From the IMG/VR virus record IMGVR_UViG_3300021962_000046, positions 32,001-96,000 of that record: 64,000 bases of DNA; one strand, written 5' to 3'. The notes under the pieces were generated by a model. The model had not been told where the DNA came from. It ran no database searches and saw nothing but the letters and a program-made list of their open reading frames with translations. The stretch comes from a virus. Positions 18,694 through 26,853 of the stretch are shown here, piece after piece (within the stretch, counting starts at the first letter, position 1; the number at the start of each line of letters is the position of its first letter). The translations under genes were made by a program, and so were the position numbers.

Positions 18694-19110
18694 GGGGGGC
18701 GGGTCTAAGGTGGTGAAGAAAAAAAATATAATAATGACTTTTTATCATTATTATGGGTTTTTTTTCGATACCACTCTAGATTTGAGATCAGTATTGCTAG
18801 TGATGTGCATCATTTGATGATATCCTTAGCTTTACTGAATTGTGTGTTTGGGTAACACACAGTTAACTTGTCGGTTTGAGAATCCTAACCGTACATCATG
18901 TCTCAACTTGAAAAGTTTAATTTTCAATTTGAGAACAGCCCGCCTTAATTTGGCTGATGTAGGCTCACCTAGTCTCATGCCGGTTCATTAGGTTCCCGTA
19001 TTACCTAATGGGTCTAGCAGGGTGTACCGCCCCAGCAAGGTTTATATTGCTCAAATCTCACGAATTGAACTCAGTAACTTTTCAGGCCGACAATTCGCCT
19101 TACTAGGTTA
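18694..19110. ncRNA. Candidate large structured non-coding RNA (or structured ssDNA origin); strand unresolved
   Basis: At least eight hairpins plus long-range complementary segments in an ORF-free intergenic region (see findings). Confidence 0.5.
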
Positions 19111-19220
19111 CAAACAAAATAATAACAATTATAAAAATAAAAATCAAACTAATTGGCGAAAAGTCATAACTACCTGTATGATTTCTTTTGAGAAACATAA
19201 ACTCAAAGGAAGTAAACTAA

Positions 19221-19931
19221 ATGGAAATATTCATGAAATATGAACCAGAAATAGCGATCAATTTGAATATGACCGAAGAAGAAAGCATGGCTTACTACCT
19301 GCTCTGTTTCTACATCAATAAAACCAGAGAACTTATTCCAAATTATCGCCATCCAAGAATCACAACAAAAATAGAAAAACTTAAAACTAGCCTCGCATTT
19401 AAACACATGATGAAATTTGTTCGTGAAAAAAGAAAAAAATTCAAAGATCCAAAGTATTTGGAAATTTACATACTTGCACAAATAGTCATTATGAAAAAAC
19501 AACACGAAATGGGAAACAACGCATTAGTTGATTTTCAAATGCTACATGGTGAAGGGGCAAACAGAAGGTGGGAAATCTGGAAGAAGATGTACAGAGATAA
19601 AAATATGGTTAGTGATATTAACTATACATTCACAAAAACAAATATAGAGAATGAATTTAACAAAACCATAAATACACTCAATAAAATACTAGGTGATGAT
19701 AAAAGTTTAGAAAATTATGTTACTCATGCAAACGAAATACTAACAAACATAATTATAAAAAGAATAAGTCATATGTATGTCTACTTTTCAAAGTGGATTA
19801 AGAAACTTCCAGAAGAAATACGAGGCGAGATAAAAGACATAATCAACACAGATGCCTTGAAAACTTTTGACTTATCAGCTGTAAAAAAATGCTATGAGAA
19901 AAATTTTGAATATGAAATTAATATGTCATGA
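19221..19931 (+). CDS. Hypothetical protein
   Basis: 236-aa ORF divergent from the replication operon, with an AAGGA SD-like sequence. Confidence 0.7.
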   Translation: MEIFMKYEPEIAINLNMTEEESMAYYLLCFYINKTRELIPNYRHPRITTKIEKLKTSLAFKHMMKFVREKRKKFKDPKYLEIYILAQIVIMKKQHEMGNNALVDFQMLHGEGANRRWEIWKKMYRDKNMVSDINYTFTKTNIENEFNKTINTLNKILGDDKSLENYVTHANEILTNIIIKRISHMYVYFSKWIKKLPEEIRGEIKDIINTDALKTFDLSAVKKCYEKNFEYEINMS

Positions 19932-20733
19932 ATATTTTCATCAAACAGTCAATTATCTCTTCAGGCTTTTGTCTAGGACTAAAAAGCTCATCCCATTCAC
20001 TTGGGGTAGACATATAAAGCCTTGTTCTAGAAGGACTTGTGACTTCACACCCCCACGAATGTATTAATCCTTTATTCGGTTTGTATTGCATGTATATGTT
20101 AAACGATTCTGCTTTTTGGTTATTTGGTACTCCATTTCCAAAACCTCTATAGTTCATGTATATTAAATAAACATTTTCTTGAAGCTTAATTATTCCACCA
20201 TATGTCATGATTGATGGGTGTTCCAACCTAATTCTCTGTGCTAATCTTAATGTCAAATCTTCAAGACCTTTGTAATTATTGTCTACTGGATCTATCGGTT
20301 CTTTTTCTATTTCAACAAGTTTTTTATACAAGTCATCAGCAAGTATTTCTTCAGATGGATCGTTGTCACCCTTGTGATCATAGTCATTAAGCAAAGGAAT
20401 AACAGATTTACATACTGGAATTAAGTTGCCACCTTCATTTTTGATGAATTTTCTAATTATTATCTTATAAGATCCTAAAGGACTTACACTTACATGCAAA
20501 CCACCAGCTTCATTGCCATATTCGACAATATTAGGCCAATTTTTTACTGGAACTTTGTTGCCTATCATGCCCAAATGGAATAAATCGTCTAGAACTAAAG
20601 TACTTCTAAGGTTTTCTATTGGTTGTTCTTCATAGAATGGAGTCTTTTTCTCAATTTTATGTTGAGGAGCAAAACCAAAAATATCTTCTGGTCTTTTTGC
20701 AAGCCATTCTTTAAACAAACTTATTTTTTTCAT
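19918..20733 (-). CDS. Hypothetical protein (candidate internal head protein)
   Basis: Start MKKISLFKEWL at 20733. Confidence 0.65.
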   Translation of the reverse strand: MKKISLFKEWLAKRPEDIFGFAPQHKIEKKTPFYEEQPIENLRSTLVLDDLFHLGMIGNKVPVKNWPNIVEYGNEAGGLHVSVSPLGSYKIIIRKFIKNEGGNLIPVCKSVIPLLNDYDHKGDNDPSEEILADDLYKKLVEIEKEPIDPVDNNYKGLEDLTLRLAQRIRLEHPSIMTYGGIIKLQENVYLIYMNYRGFGNGVPNNQKAESFNIYMQYKPNKGLIHSWGCEVTSPSRTRLYMSTPSEWDELFSPRQKPEEIIDCLMKIFMTY

Positions 20734-20776
20734 TTTCCCCACTAAATATATGATAATTCTATATATTGGAACATAC

Positions 20777-21061
20777 ATGAATAAATTTTCAATTTGGCTG
20801 GAAGAGCGTGATAATACAATTCAAGATGTTCACACAACTACCTTGAAGAATTTTTTGGGTCTAAGTCCCCTTAAAGATTCTAGTTTCATGCAAATCCAAT
20901 TAAGTGATTTTGAAAAAATGCAGGAAATCCATACAAAAATAACACATTGGAATTTCTTCACGGACAAGCTTTCTGAAGTTTCAAAAAACAAAATATACGA
21001 ACTTTTAAAGAACGAAAACACAAGGATGATAGATCTTATTGAAAATATGGAAGTCAATTAG
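20777..21061 (+). CDS. Hypothetical protein (candidate internal head protein)
   Basis: Start MNKFSIWLEE at 20777. Confidence 0.55.
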   Translation: MNKFSIWLEERDNTIQDVHTTTLKNFLGLSPLKDSSFMQIQLSDFEKMQEIHTKITHWNFFTDKLSEVSKNKIYELLKNENTRMIDLIENMEVN

Positions 21062-22473
21062 TCCTCAACTATTTTTATTTCATGACCTTGCTGCTTGAGG
21101 ATTTTTATTCTCTTCATGCTGTGCTTGTATAAATACGGATTCATTTCAAACACAAAATCAATATAATTAAGACCATCTTTATCTTTTGCTGTTCTTAAGC
21201 CACGACCCATTCTTTGGATGATGAGATGATCTGCCTGACCACCAGCAGCATTTATGAGGTTGTGGACAAAAACATTGATTCCGGTGTTGAAAATACCTTG
21301 TGTTGCTATGGCAATACATTCCTTGTCCTTTTGCAACTTCTCAATGACATACTTTCTTGTTTCATCATTATCCTTGCCTTGCACCCACAAAGCATGAGGT
21401 ATCAACGCTTGCAATGCGTCACCATGAGCCAATCTGTCAACCAATATAAGTGTTCTACCCTTAAGTTCAGTTGTTAAGCTTATAACTTTTTGATGAAAAG
21501 CATCATTCTCGACTAATCCCTTGGTGACAGCGTCAATATAAATCTCAAAATCAAGTTCGGGTTCTTTTATTTTATAAAAAGTACAATGACTCTTAGAAAG
21601 CCTACCTCTCTTTTGTAGTTCTTTTGTCGTAACAACTCCAGTTTCAGTTGATTTAATCTTGAACGGAGGGCCAAAAAAACCTTTGACATAGTATTTCTGT
21701 ATTTTATCTGTTTCACCGAATTTGAACGGAGTAGCACTTACAGCAATTCTTACGCTGCAATTTTTAAGTCTTCTATAAACACTTTTTGGTGCTGCACTCA
21801 TCATGTCATGAATTTCATCAACTAAAAGTACTTTGACTTCTGGCAAAAGATCTTCTGCTTTAGATATAGATTGAACAGTAGACACAGTAATGTCATTGGG
21901 TTCATTACTGCCACCCCATATGCGTCCCACATTGTGTAATCCCCATTTAACATACTCTTCATAGTTTTGAATAGCTAATGTTTTTCTATTCTGAAGGACT
22001 AATGTTTTTGTGCCAGATGGCAAACATTTAAGTATGGAAAGCATGGTTAAAGATTTTCCAGCCGAAGTTGGCGCAAATATAACACCTCTTTTATTTTTAA
22101 TAGCTGCATTTACAAGATCTACTTGGTAATCTTCCAAAGTAATTGGTTGTGATTCTTTTGGCGTACAAGAATGAAGAAATGTAGAATTTATTTCTTTTAT
22201 TGAAAATTCAAAAGGCAATCGTTTATCAATAATTTCAACTTCTTCATTGAAAGCCTTGCATGAAGCAAGTATCTCAGGAAGAAGTCCTGTCAAAAATTTT
22301 CCATTTTTGTCATTAAAAAAATTAGTGTAACCATCCCATAAACGCTGTCTATATCTTGGGTTATGAAAATATCCACGATCACGGAATCTCAAATTATCAA
22401 ATATAAATTTGATTAATTTGGTATTCGCAGTCTGCATTATTGAAATGTCATTTTGTAGAAGTATTCTTGTCAT
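21058..22473 (-). CDS. uvsW: UvsW-like SF2 helicase
   Basis: LWDGY..FF, LEDYQ, APTSAGKS, VDEIH, SAT, FNTGIN, QRMGRGLR. Confidence 0.88.
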   Translation of the reverse strand: MTRILLQNDISIMQTANTKLIKFIFDNLRFRDRGYFHNPRYRQRLWDGYTNFFNDKNGKFLTGLLPEILASCKAFNEEVEIIDKRLPFEFSIKEINSTFLHSCTPKESQPITLEDYQVDLVNAAIKNKRGVIFAPTSAGKSLTMLSILKCLPSGTKTLVLQNRKTLAIQNYEEYVKWGLHNVGRIWGGSNEPNDITVSTVQSISKAEDLLPEVKVLLVDEIHDMMSAAPKSVYRRLKNCSVRIAVSATPFKFGETDKIQKYYVKGFFGPPFKIKSTETGVVTTKELQKRGRLSKSHCTFYKIKEPELDFEIYIDAVTKGLVENDAFHQKVISLTTELKGRTLILVDRLAHGDALQALIPHALWVQGKDNDETRKYVIEKLQKDKECIAIATQGIFNTGINVFVHNLINAAGGQADHLIIQRMGRGLRTAKDKDGLNYIDFVFEMNPYLYKHSMKRIKILKQQGHEIKIVED

Positions 22474-22510
22474 GATTAATCCTTGGGCAACAAATAATTA
22501 ATATACATTA

Positions 22511-23563
22511 TTAGACTGCCCAATACAACATTTCTTTTGCTCTGCTTGCTGCTGTGTATGCCCATCTTTCATGACTCCACAAATCACACTTTTCTTCATA
22601 AACAAGAACTTTATCCCATTCATCACCTTGGGCTTTATGGGTTGTGATCGCATAAGAATAATCAAAAAAACCAGTTTCTCTGTCTGAGTTAGCAGCTTCA
22701 AGCAGTTTTTCTTGATTGAATTGTTTTTGATCAATTGGTATTTCGCAAAAACCATTGTCGGTTTGTATTTTCACCTTGTTCTTCTTGATGGTTTTAACCG
22801 TGCCTTGCATGCCGTTAAAAATATTAAGGGTCTTGTTGTTTTTAAGACATATAATTCTCTCGCCTTTTACCAACACATCTTCATATCCAAGATGCTCTCT
22901 AATTCGTTTATTGAAGCTGATTCTGGTTCTGTTAAAACCACAAATAATCTGGTCAACATCAGCAAGTAGTTCATTTTTCAATGTTTTCTTTGCAACAAGT
23001 TTGACTCTGTCATCTGAAGAATATTCAATCGCAGAATTTCCTTTTCTCAAAAAGTCAGCAAACTTTGCAATGCTATTGGCATTTCGGTGAATGGTTTCCA
23101 GTTTGTAATGAGGCTTCTTCATCAGATTGAAGGACGAGCCTACTGGTTCTAATTGACCATGATCACCGAAGAAGACAACTGGCAAATCAAAAGACATAAT
23201 GTCAGAAAATAATTCCTCGCTTATCATACTTGCTTCATCTATAAAAAATCCTCTGAAATCTATCTTGTTTTTAGGTTTCAAATAAAATTTAGGATTTCCT
23301 TTATAATCTTCTTCAACATGATATATTGTTGAATGGATTGTAGCTGCGTCACCTATGCCTTTTTTACGCAAAACATTTGCAGCTTTGCCTGTGAATGCAC
23401 AAACGGCAAAGTTTGGGTATGCGTTAGTAAGTTCGGAAAGACAAGTACTTTTACCAGAACCAGCGTATCCACCGATACAAATAAACTGCTTGTTTTGTAT
23501 TTCTTTTTTGATTGATGACAATAAGTGATTTTGTTCTTCGGTAAGAATTGGTTTCTTTTCCAT
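22511..23563 (-). CDS. dda: Dda/RecD2-like SF1B helicase
   Basis: LTEEQ, GYAGSGKS, AFTGKAA, TIHS, IDEASM, GDHGQL, YAITTHKAQG, YTAASRA. True start MEKKP at 23563 with GGAG. Confidence 0.88.
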   Translation of the reverse strand: MEKKPILTEEQNHLLSSIKKEIQNKQFICIGGYAGSGKSTCLSELTNAYPNFAVCAFTGKAANVLRKKGIGDAATIHSTIYHVEEDYKGNPKFYLKPKNKIDFRGFFIDEASMISEELFSDIMSFDLPVVFFGDHGQLEPVGSSFNLMKKPHYKLETIHRNANSIAKFADFLRKGNSAIEYSSDDRVKLVAKKTLKNELLADVDQIICGFNRTRISFNKRIREHLGYEDVLVKGERIICLKNNKTLNIFNGMQGTVKTIKKNKVKIQTDNGFCEIPIDQKQFNQEKLLEAANSDRETGFFDYSYAITTHKAQGDEWDKVLVYEEKCDLWSHERWAYTAASRAKEMLYWAV

Positions 23564-23822
23564 ACAAATGTATCTCCAAAAAGTGTTCAGCCTATGTAAA
23601 TAATGTTGTTCGGATGTGATTAAACCACATTTGGGGGTACAAGCAAATGTTAAATGAAGAATTGGCAGAAGTAGTTCGAATGGTAACGGTACTAGACGAT
23701 AAAGTAGATAATCTAACCAACAGGCAAAAAGATCTTTTCGAAAAATTAAATAGATCAATTTATAGAACGGAAAGATTTTTAGAAAAAACGGAAACTCCAA
23801 AAGATATAGCAGCTACAAAAAA

Positions 23823-24269
23823 CTAATTCTTTCCTCGTTTTTTAGCCTGTAGATAGAATATAAAGCTATTCCTGTTTCCGGGGACAAAGCTTTTTGGTGA
23901 TTGCCTATAAGCAACCATCAATTTTGTTTCTGGGTTTTCATAAGAAATAAAATCTTTTAATCTACTTAAAACAGTTGTGATAAATTCCTTACTACCAGTA
24001 ATTCTGATGCCATCTTCTTGAATTGTTGAGCCTTTGTGATCATATTCTATTGGTTTGAAATTCAAAGGTATACTCGGTTGTACACCCTTCCAAAAAGACA
24101 TAATATCTTCTTTGCCAGCTTTCCAAGGTTTTATTTTTAACTTTGGAGATTTTGGTTTTTCCGGTTGTGCTGTTTGTGGTGATGCTGGGCTGGAAACAAC
24201 CGGATTGGTTGTTGGAACAACAGGAGCATCAACTTCATTTAATTTTTTCCATTCAGCAAAGTTTTTCAT
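23823..24269 (-). CDS. Hypothetical protein (candidate internal head protein)
   Basis: MKNFAEWKKLNE N-terminus followed by a Pro-rich linker. Confidence 0.65.
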   Translation of the reverse strand: MKNFAEWKKLNEVDAPVVPTTNPVVSSPASPQTAQPEKPKSPKLKIKPWKAGKEDIMSFWKGVQPSIPLNFKPIEYDHKGSTIQEDGIRITGSKEFITTVLSRLKDFISYENPETKLMVAYRQSPKSFVPGNRNSFIFYLQAKKRGKN

Positions 24270-24317
24270 GTAAATATTTATTCGTTTGATTGATAAATAT
24301 TATGGGAGAATAAAAAA

Positions 24318-24632
24318 TTGATTACATTTCAAAAGTTTTTAGAAACCTACATTTTGAACGAGGTAGATGCACCACCAGCTGGTGCTGCGCCTCCACCTGA
24401 CGCAGCAGCTGGTGCTGGTGCTGCGCCTCCACCTGATCTGGGAGGAGGCTTAGGTGGAGCATTGGGAGGCGCACCACCCGGAGGGGCACCTGACTTAGGA
24501 GGTGGCTTGGGTGGAGCAGTAGGTGCTGGTGATGCTGGTGGTCAACCAAATACAAATGTCAAGATTTATAATTTCTGGGATGCCACAAAAGCACATTTTG
24601 ACAAATTCAAACCAGAGAATCAAAAAAAATAA
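24318..24632 (+). CDS. Gly/Ala/Pro-rich protein (candidate internal head protein)
   Basis: TTG start with GGAG; MITFQKFLE..LNE; internal GAAPPPD and PDLGGGLGGA repeats. Confidence 0.6.
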   Translation: MITFQKFLETYILNEVDAPPAGAAPPPDAAAGAGAAPPPDLGGGLGGALGGAPPGGAPDLGGGLGGAVGAGDAGGQPNTNVKIYNFWDATKAHFDKFKPENQKK

Positions 24633-24667
24633 TTGAAAAAAATTTAAAGTTTTATATGATTTAATCT

Positions 24668-25183
24668 ATGGAAGAAATCATATTTAACAGAAAATTTTGT
24701 ATGCCATCTCCTTACACATTTGAGATGCGTCCAGTCGCAGATTTAATTCAAAAGTACATAAAAAAAGATTGGATTGTAGTTGATCCATTTGCAGGCAAAA
24801 GCGAAATAGCAACATATAGAAACGATTTGGCACATAGTGGCAAACATGCGGTAGAGTGGTTGTCAGATTTGGTTAACAATAATGTACATGCTGATGCCGT
24901 TTTGCTAGACCCACCTTATAGTCCAAGACAAATAGCGGAAGTTTATAAATCGGTTGGATTGAAGGTTTCAGGAACTGATACACAAAATGCAAAGTTGTAT
25001 AGCGATTGCAGACTTTTACTTGATAAAATTTTGAAACCAAATGGCATAGCCATGTCTTTTGGTTGGAGTTCAAATGGATTTGGAAAGAAGTACAATTACA
25101 GGATGTTGGAAATACTTTTGGTTCCGCATGGTGGCGCACACAACGATACAATTTGCATCGTTGAGAAAAAAGTGAGGGATTAA
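24668..25183 (+). CDS. Small N6-adenine/N4-cytosine DNA methyltransferase-like protein
   Basis: VVDPFAG (SAM binding) and LDPPY (catalytic motif IV). Confidence 0.8.
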   Translation: MEEIIFNRKFCMPSPYTFEMRPVADLIQKYIKKDWIVVDPFAGKSEIATYRNDLAHSGKHAVEWLSDLVNNNVHADAVLLDPPYSPRQIAEVYKSVGLKVSGTDTQNAKLYSDCRLLLDKILKPNGIAMSFGWSSNGFGKKYNYRMLEILLVPHGGAHNDTICIVEKKVRD

Positions 25184-26268
25184 TGTCAAAGTTCCTTTTG
25201 TTTTCTGATATTCATGTGCATCCCCACAAGAGAAGTCAAAACAGACTTTTTGATTGTTTGAAAGCACTTGATTGGTGTTTGGAAAAAGCAGTTGAAAATT
25301 CAGTTGATGCTGTGATGTTTGGTGGCGATCTTCTGCATGATAGGCAGAAGATTGATAGTCAAACTTATGTTGAGGTGTTCAAGGTCTTAGAAAAGTATCA
25401 AAAAGAAAAATTTAAAGTTTACTTATTGGTTGGCAACCATGACATGTGGTTTGCCAGCGCATGGTCTGTAGCAAGCGTTTATCCATTCAAATCTTTGAGC
25501 AATTTTGAAGTAATAGACAAAACAACTTCATTTGATGTTTGTGGTGTTGAATGGCATTTCATGCCTTACACACATCATCCAATAGAAGAGCTTGAAAAAT
25601 TACCTCAGTCAAACATCAAAAACAGCTACTTATTGGGACATCTTTCCATCGATGGAGCGAAGTTGAATTCTGCTGGATCAATTGCTGATGTTGTAATAGA
25701 ACATGATGGAGAAATGGTTAAGGTAAACAGAAATTTGTTTACCAAATACAAACATGTTTTTCTCGGGCATTATCACAGCTCTCAAAAACTTACTCCGACA
25801 ATTGAGTACATCGGAAGTCCTCTTCAATTGTCGTATGGTGAAGCTGGAGAGAAAAAACACATCATCATCCTTGATTCAGACACAAACGAAAGAACTTATA
25901 TAGAGAATGATTTTAGCCCAAGGCACTATTACATCGAACAAAGCCGTGTCGATGACATCAATGAGATTGTTGGCGAAAAGCATTTGAAAGATGCTTTCAT
26001 AACTGTTTTGGCTGACGATTTAACAGACAAAAATATCAAAAAGGAAATAGAAACTTTAGTTGAATCACATGGATTGCAAGGTGTTCAAATCAAGCAAAAA
26101 AAATCAAAAGATGATGAGCATGTCATTTTAGATGCCAAGGAAATATTGATAGATGAAGACAAGATGCTTGAAAAATATGTTGATCAAGTGAATATGGACA
26201 AGCTAGAAAAAAAATTATTACTTGATATTGGACATCAAATTATAAATTTCAGTAAATCAGAAGAATAA
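25183..26268 (+). CDS. gp47/Mre11/SbcD-like nuclease
   Basis: SDIH, GGDLLH, VGNHD, GH, LGHYH, YIGSP metallophosphoesterase motifs. Confidence 0.92.
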   Translation: MSKFLLFSDIHVHPHKRSQNRLFDCLKALDWCLEKAVENSVDAVMFGGDLLHDRQKIDSQTYVEVFKVLEKYQKEKFKVYLLVGNHDMWFASAWSVASVYPFKSLSNFEVIDKTTSFDVCGVEWHFMPYTHHPIEELEKLPQSNIKNSYLLGHLSIDGAKLNSAGSIADVVIEHDGEMVKVNRNLFTKYKHVFLGHYHSSQKLTPTIEYIGSPLQLSYGEAGEKKHIIILDSDTNERTYIENDFSPRHYYIEQSRVDDINEIVGEKHLKDAFITVLADDLTDKNIKKEIETLVESHGLQGVQIKQKKSKDDEHVILDAKEILIDEDKMLEKYVDQVNMDKLEKKLLLDIGHQIINFSKSEE

Positions 26269-26271
26269 TAT

Positions 26272-26299
26272 TTGATTTTTTGTGTGTTGTGTGTAGAAT
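26272..26299 (+). promoter_or_regulatory. Sigma70-like promoter for the inserted secreted-protein gene
   Basis: TTGATT-16 nt-TAGAAT. Confidence 0.5.
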
Positions 26300-26377
26300 C
26301 ATCCTGTCTGCAAGTCAGACCTTGGCGCATCGGAAGTACCGATGCATATCACGGAAGATTGGGGTTGTGAAATGAAT

Positions 26378-26743
26378 ATGAAGAATCTTGTTGCTGTTGC
26401 TGTTGTTGCTGTTTTAGCTGCACAATCTTTTGCTGGGCCTTTCGGGCTATTCAGCAGAAAAAGCTATAACAACAATAGTGGCAACACAACGAATAATCAG
26501 ACATACTATTATGACAACTCTGAGTTGTATTCTGCCCAAGGAGTTGCGAACAGAATGGCCCGTTTGCTTCGGATGCAGCATCTGGGAAACCCAACAGGAG
26601 GCTATGAGGGTGTGGGCATGAGCGCACATTCCCCCCAAGCTGCAATCCAAAATTGCTGCTATTATGGCCGAAGGCCTCTCCGTGACAGCGGTGTAGCGCA
26701 GGGCGCAAACGGCATGTGGTATGCATGTTGCCGATACAACTAA
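26378..26743 (+). CDS. Secreted protein with a minimal CAP/SCP-like domain
   Basis: Signal peptide MKNLVAVAVVAVLAAQSFA; AQ..A.RMA....MQH, YEGVG, G.A.G.NG.WYAC pattern. Confidence 0.6.
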   Translation: MKNLVAVAVVAVLAAQSFAGPFGLFSRKSYNNNSGNTTNNQTYYYDNSELYSAQGVANRMARLLRMQHLGNPTGGYEGVGMSAHSPQAAIQNCCYYGRRPLRDSGVAQGANGMWYACCRYN

Positions 26744-26764
26744 GATAAAGTAAAAATTAAATTT

Positions 26765-26803
26765 GAACAAAACCCCGTTGTAAAAGACGGGGTTTTGTTT
26801 TTT
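26765..26803 (+). terminator. Rho-independent terminator
   Basis: aacaaaaccccgt...acggggttttgtt followed by a T-tract. Confidence 0.85.
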
Positions 26804-26853
26804 AAACATTTTATGTTATTCTTCTTAAATCAGTTTTGTATAGGAGTTCAAAC

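Noticed and set aside
19022-19243. 73-aa ORF (and 19203..19505 antisense ORF) explaining the intergenic region
   Set aside because: GTG start without convincing SD, low-complexity product, overlaps a real gene, and covers only the edge of the structured region.
23564-23800. 79-aa hydrophobic N-terminal extension on the Dda helicase in the ORF track, and an imperfect inverted repeat over its SD
   Set aside because: A good SD and ATG lie at 23563, so the extension looks like chance open frame; the repeat has mismatches on the coding strand.
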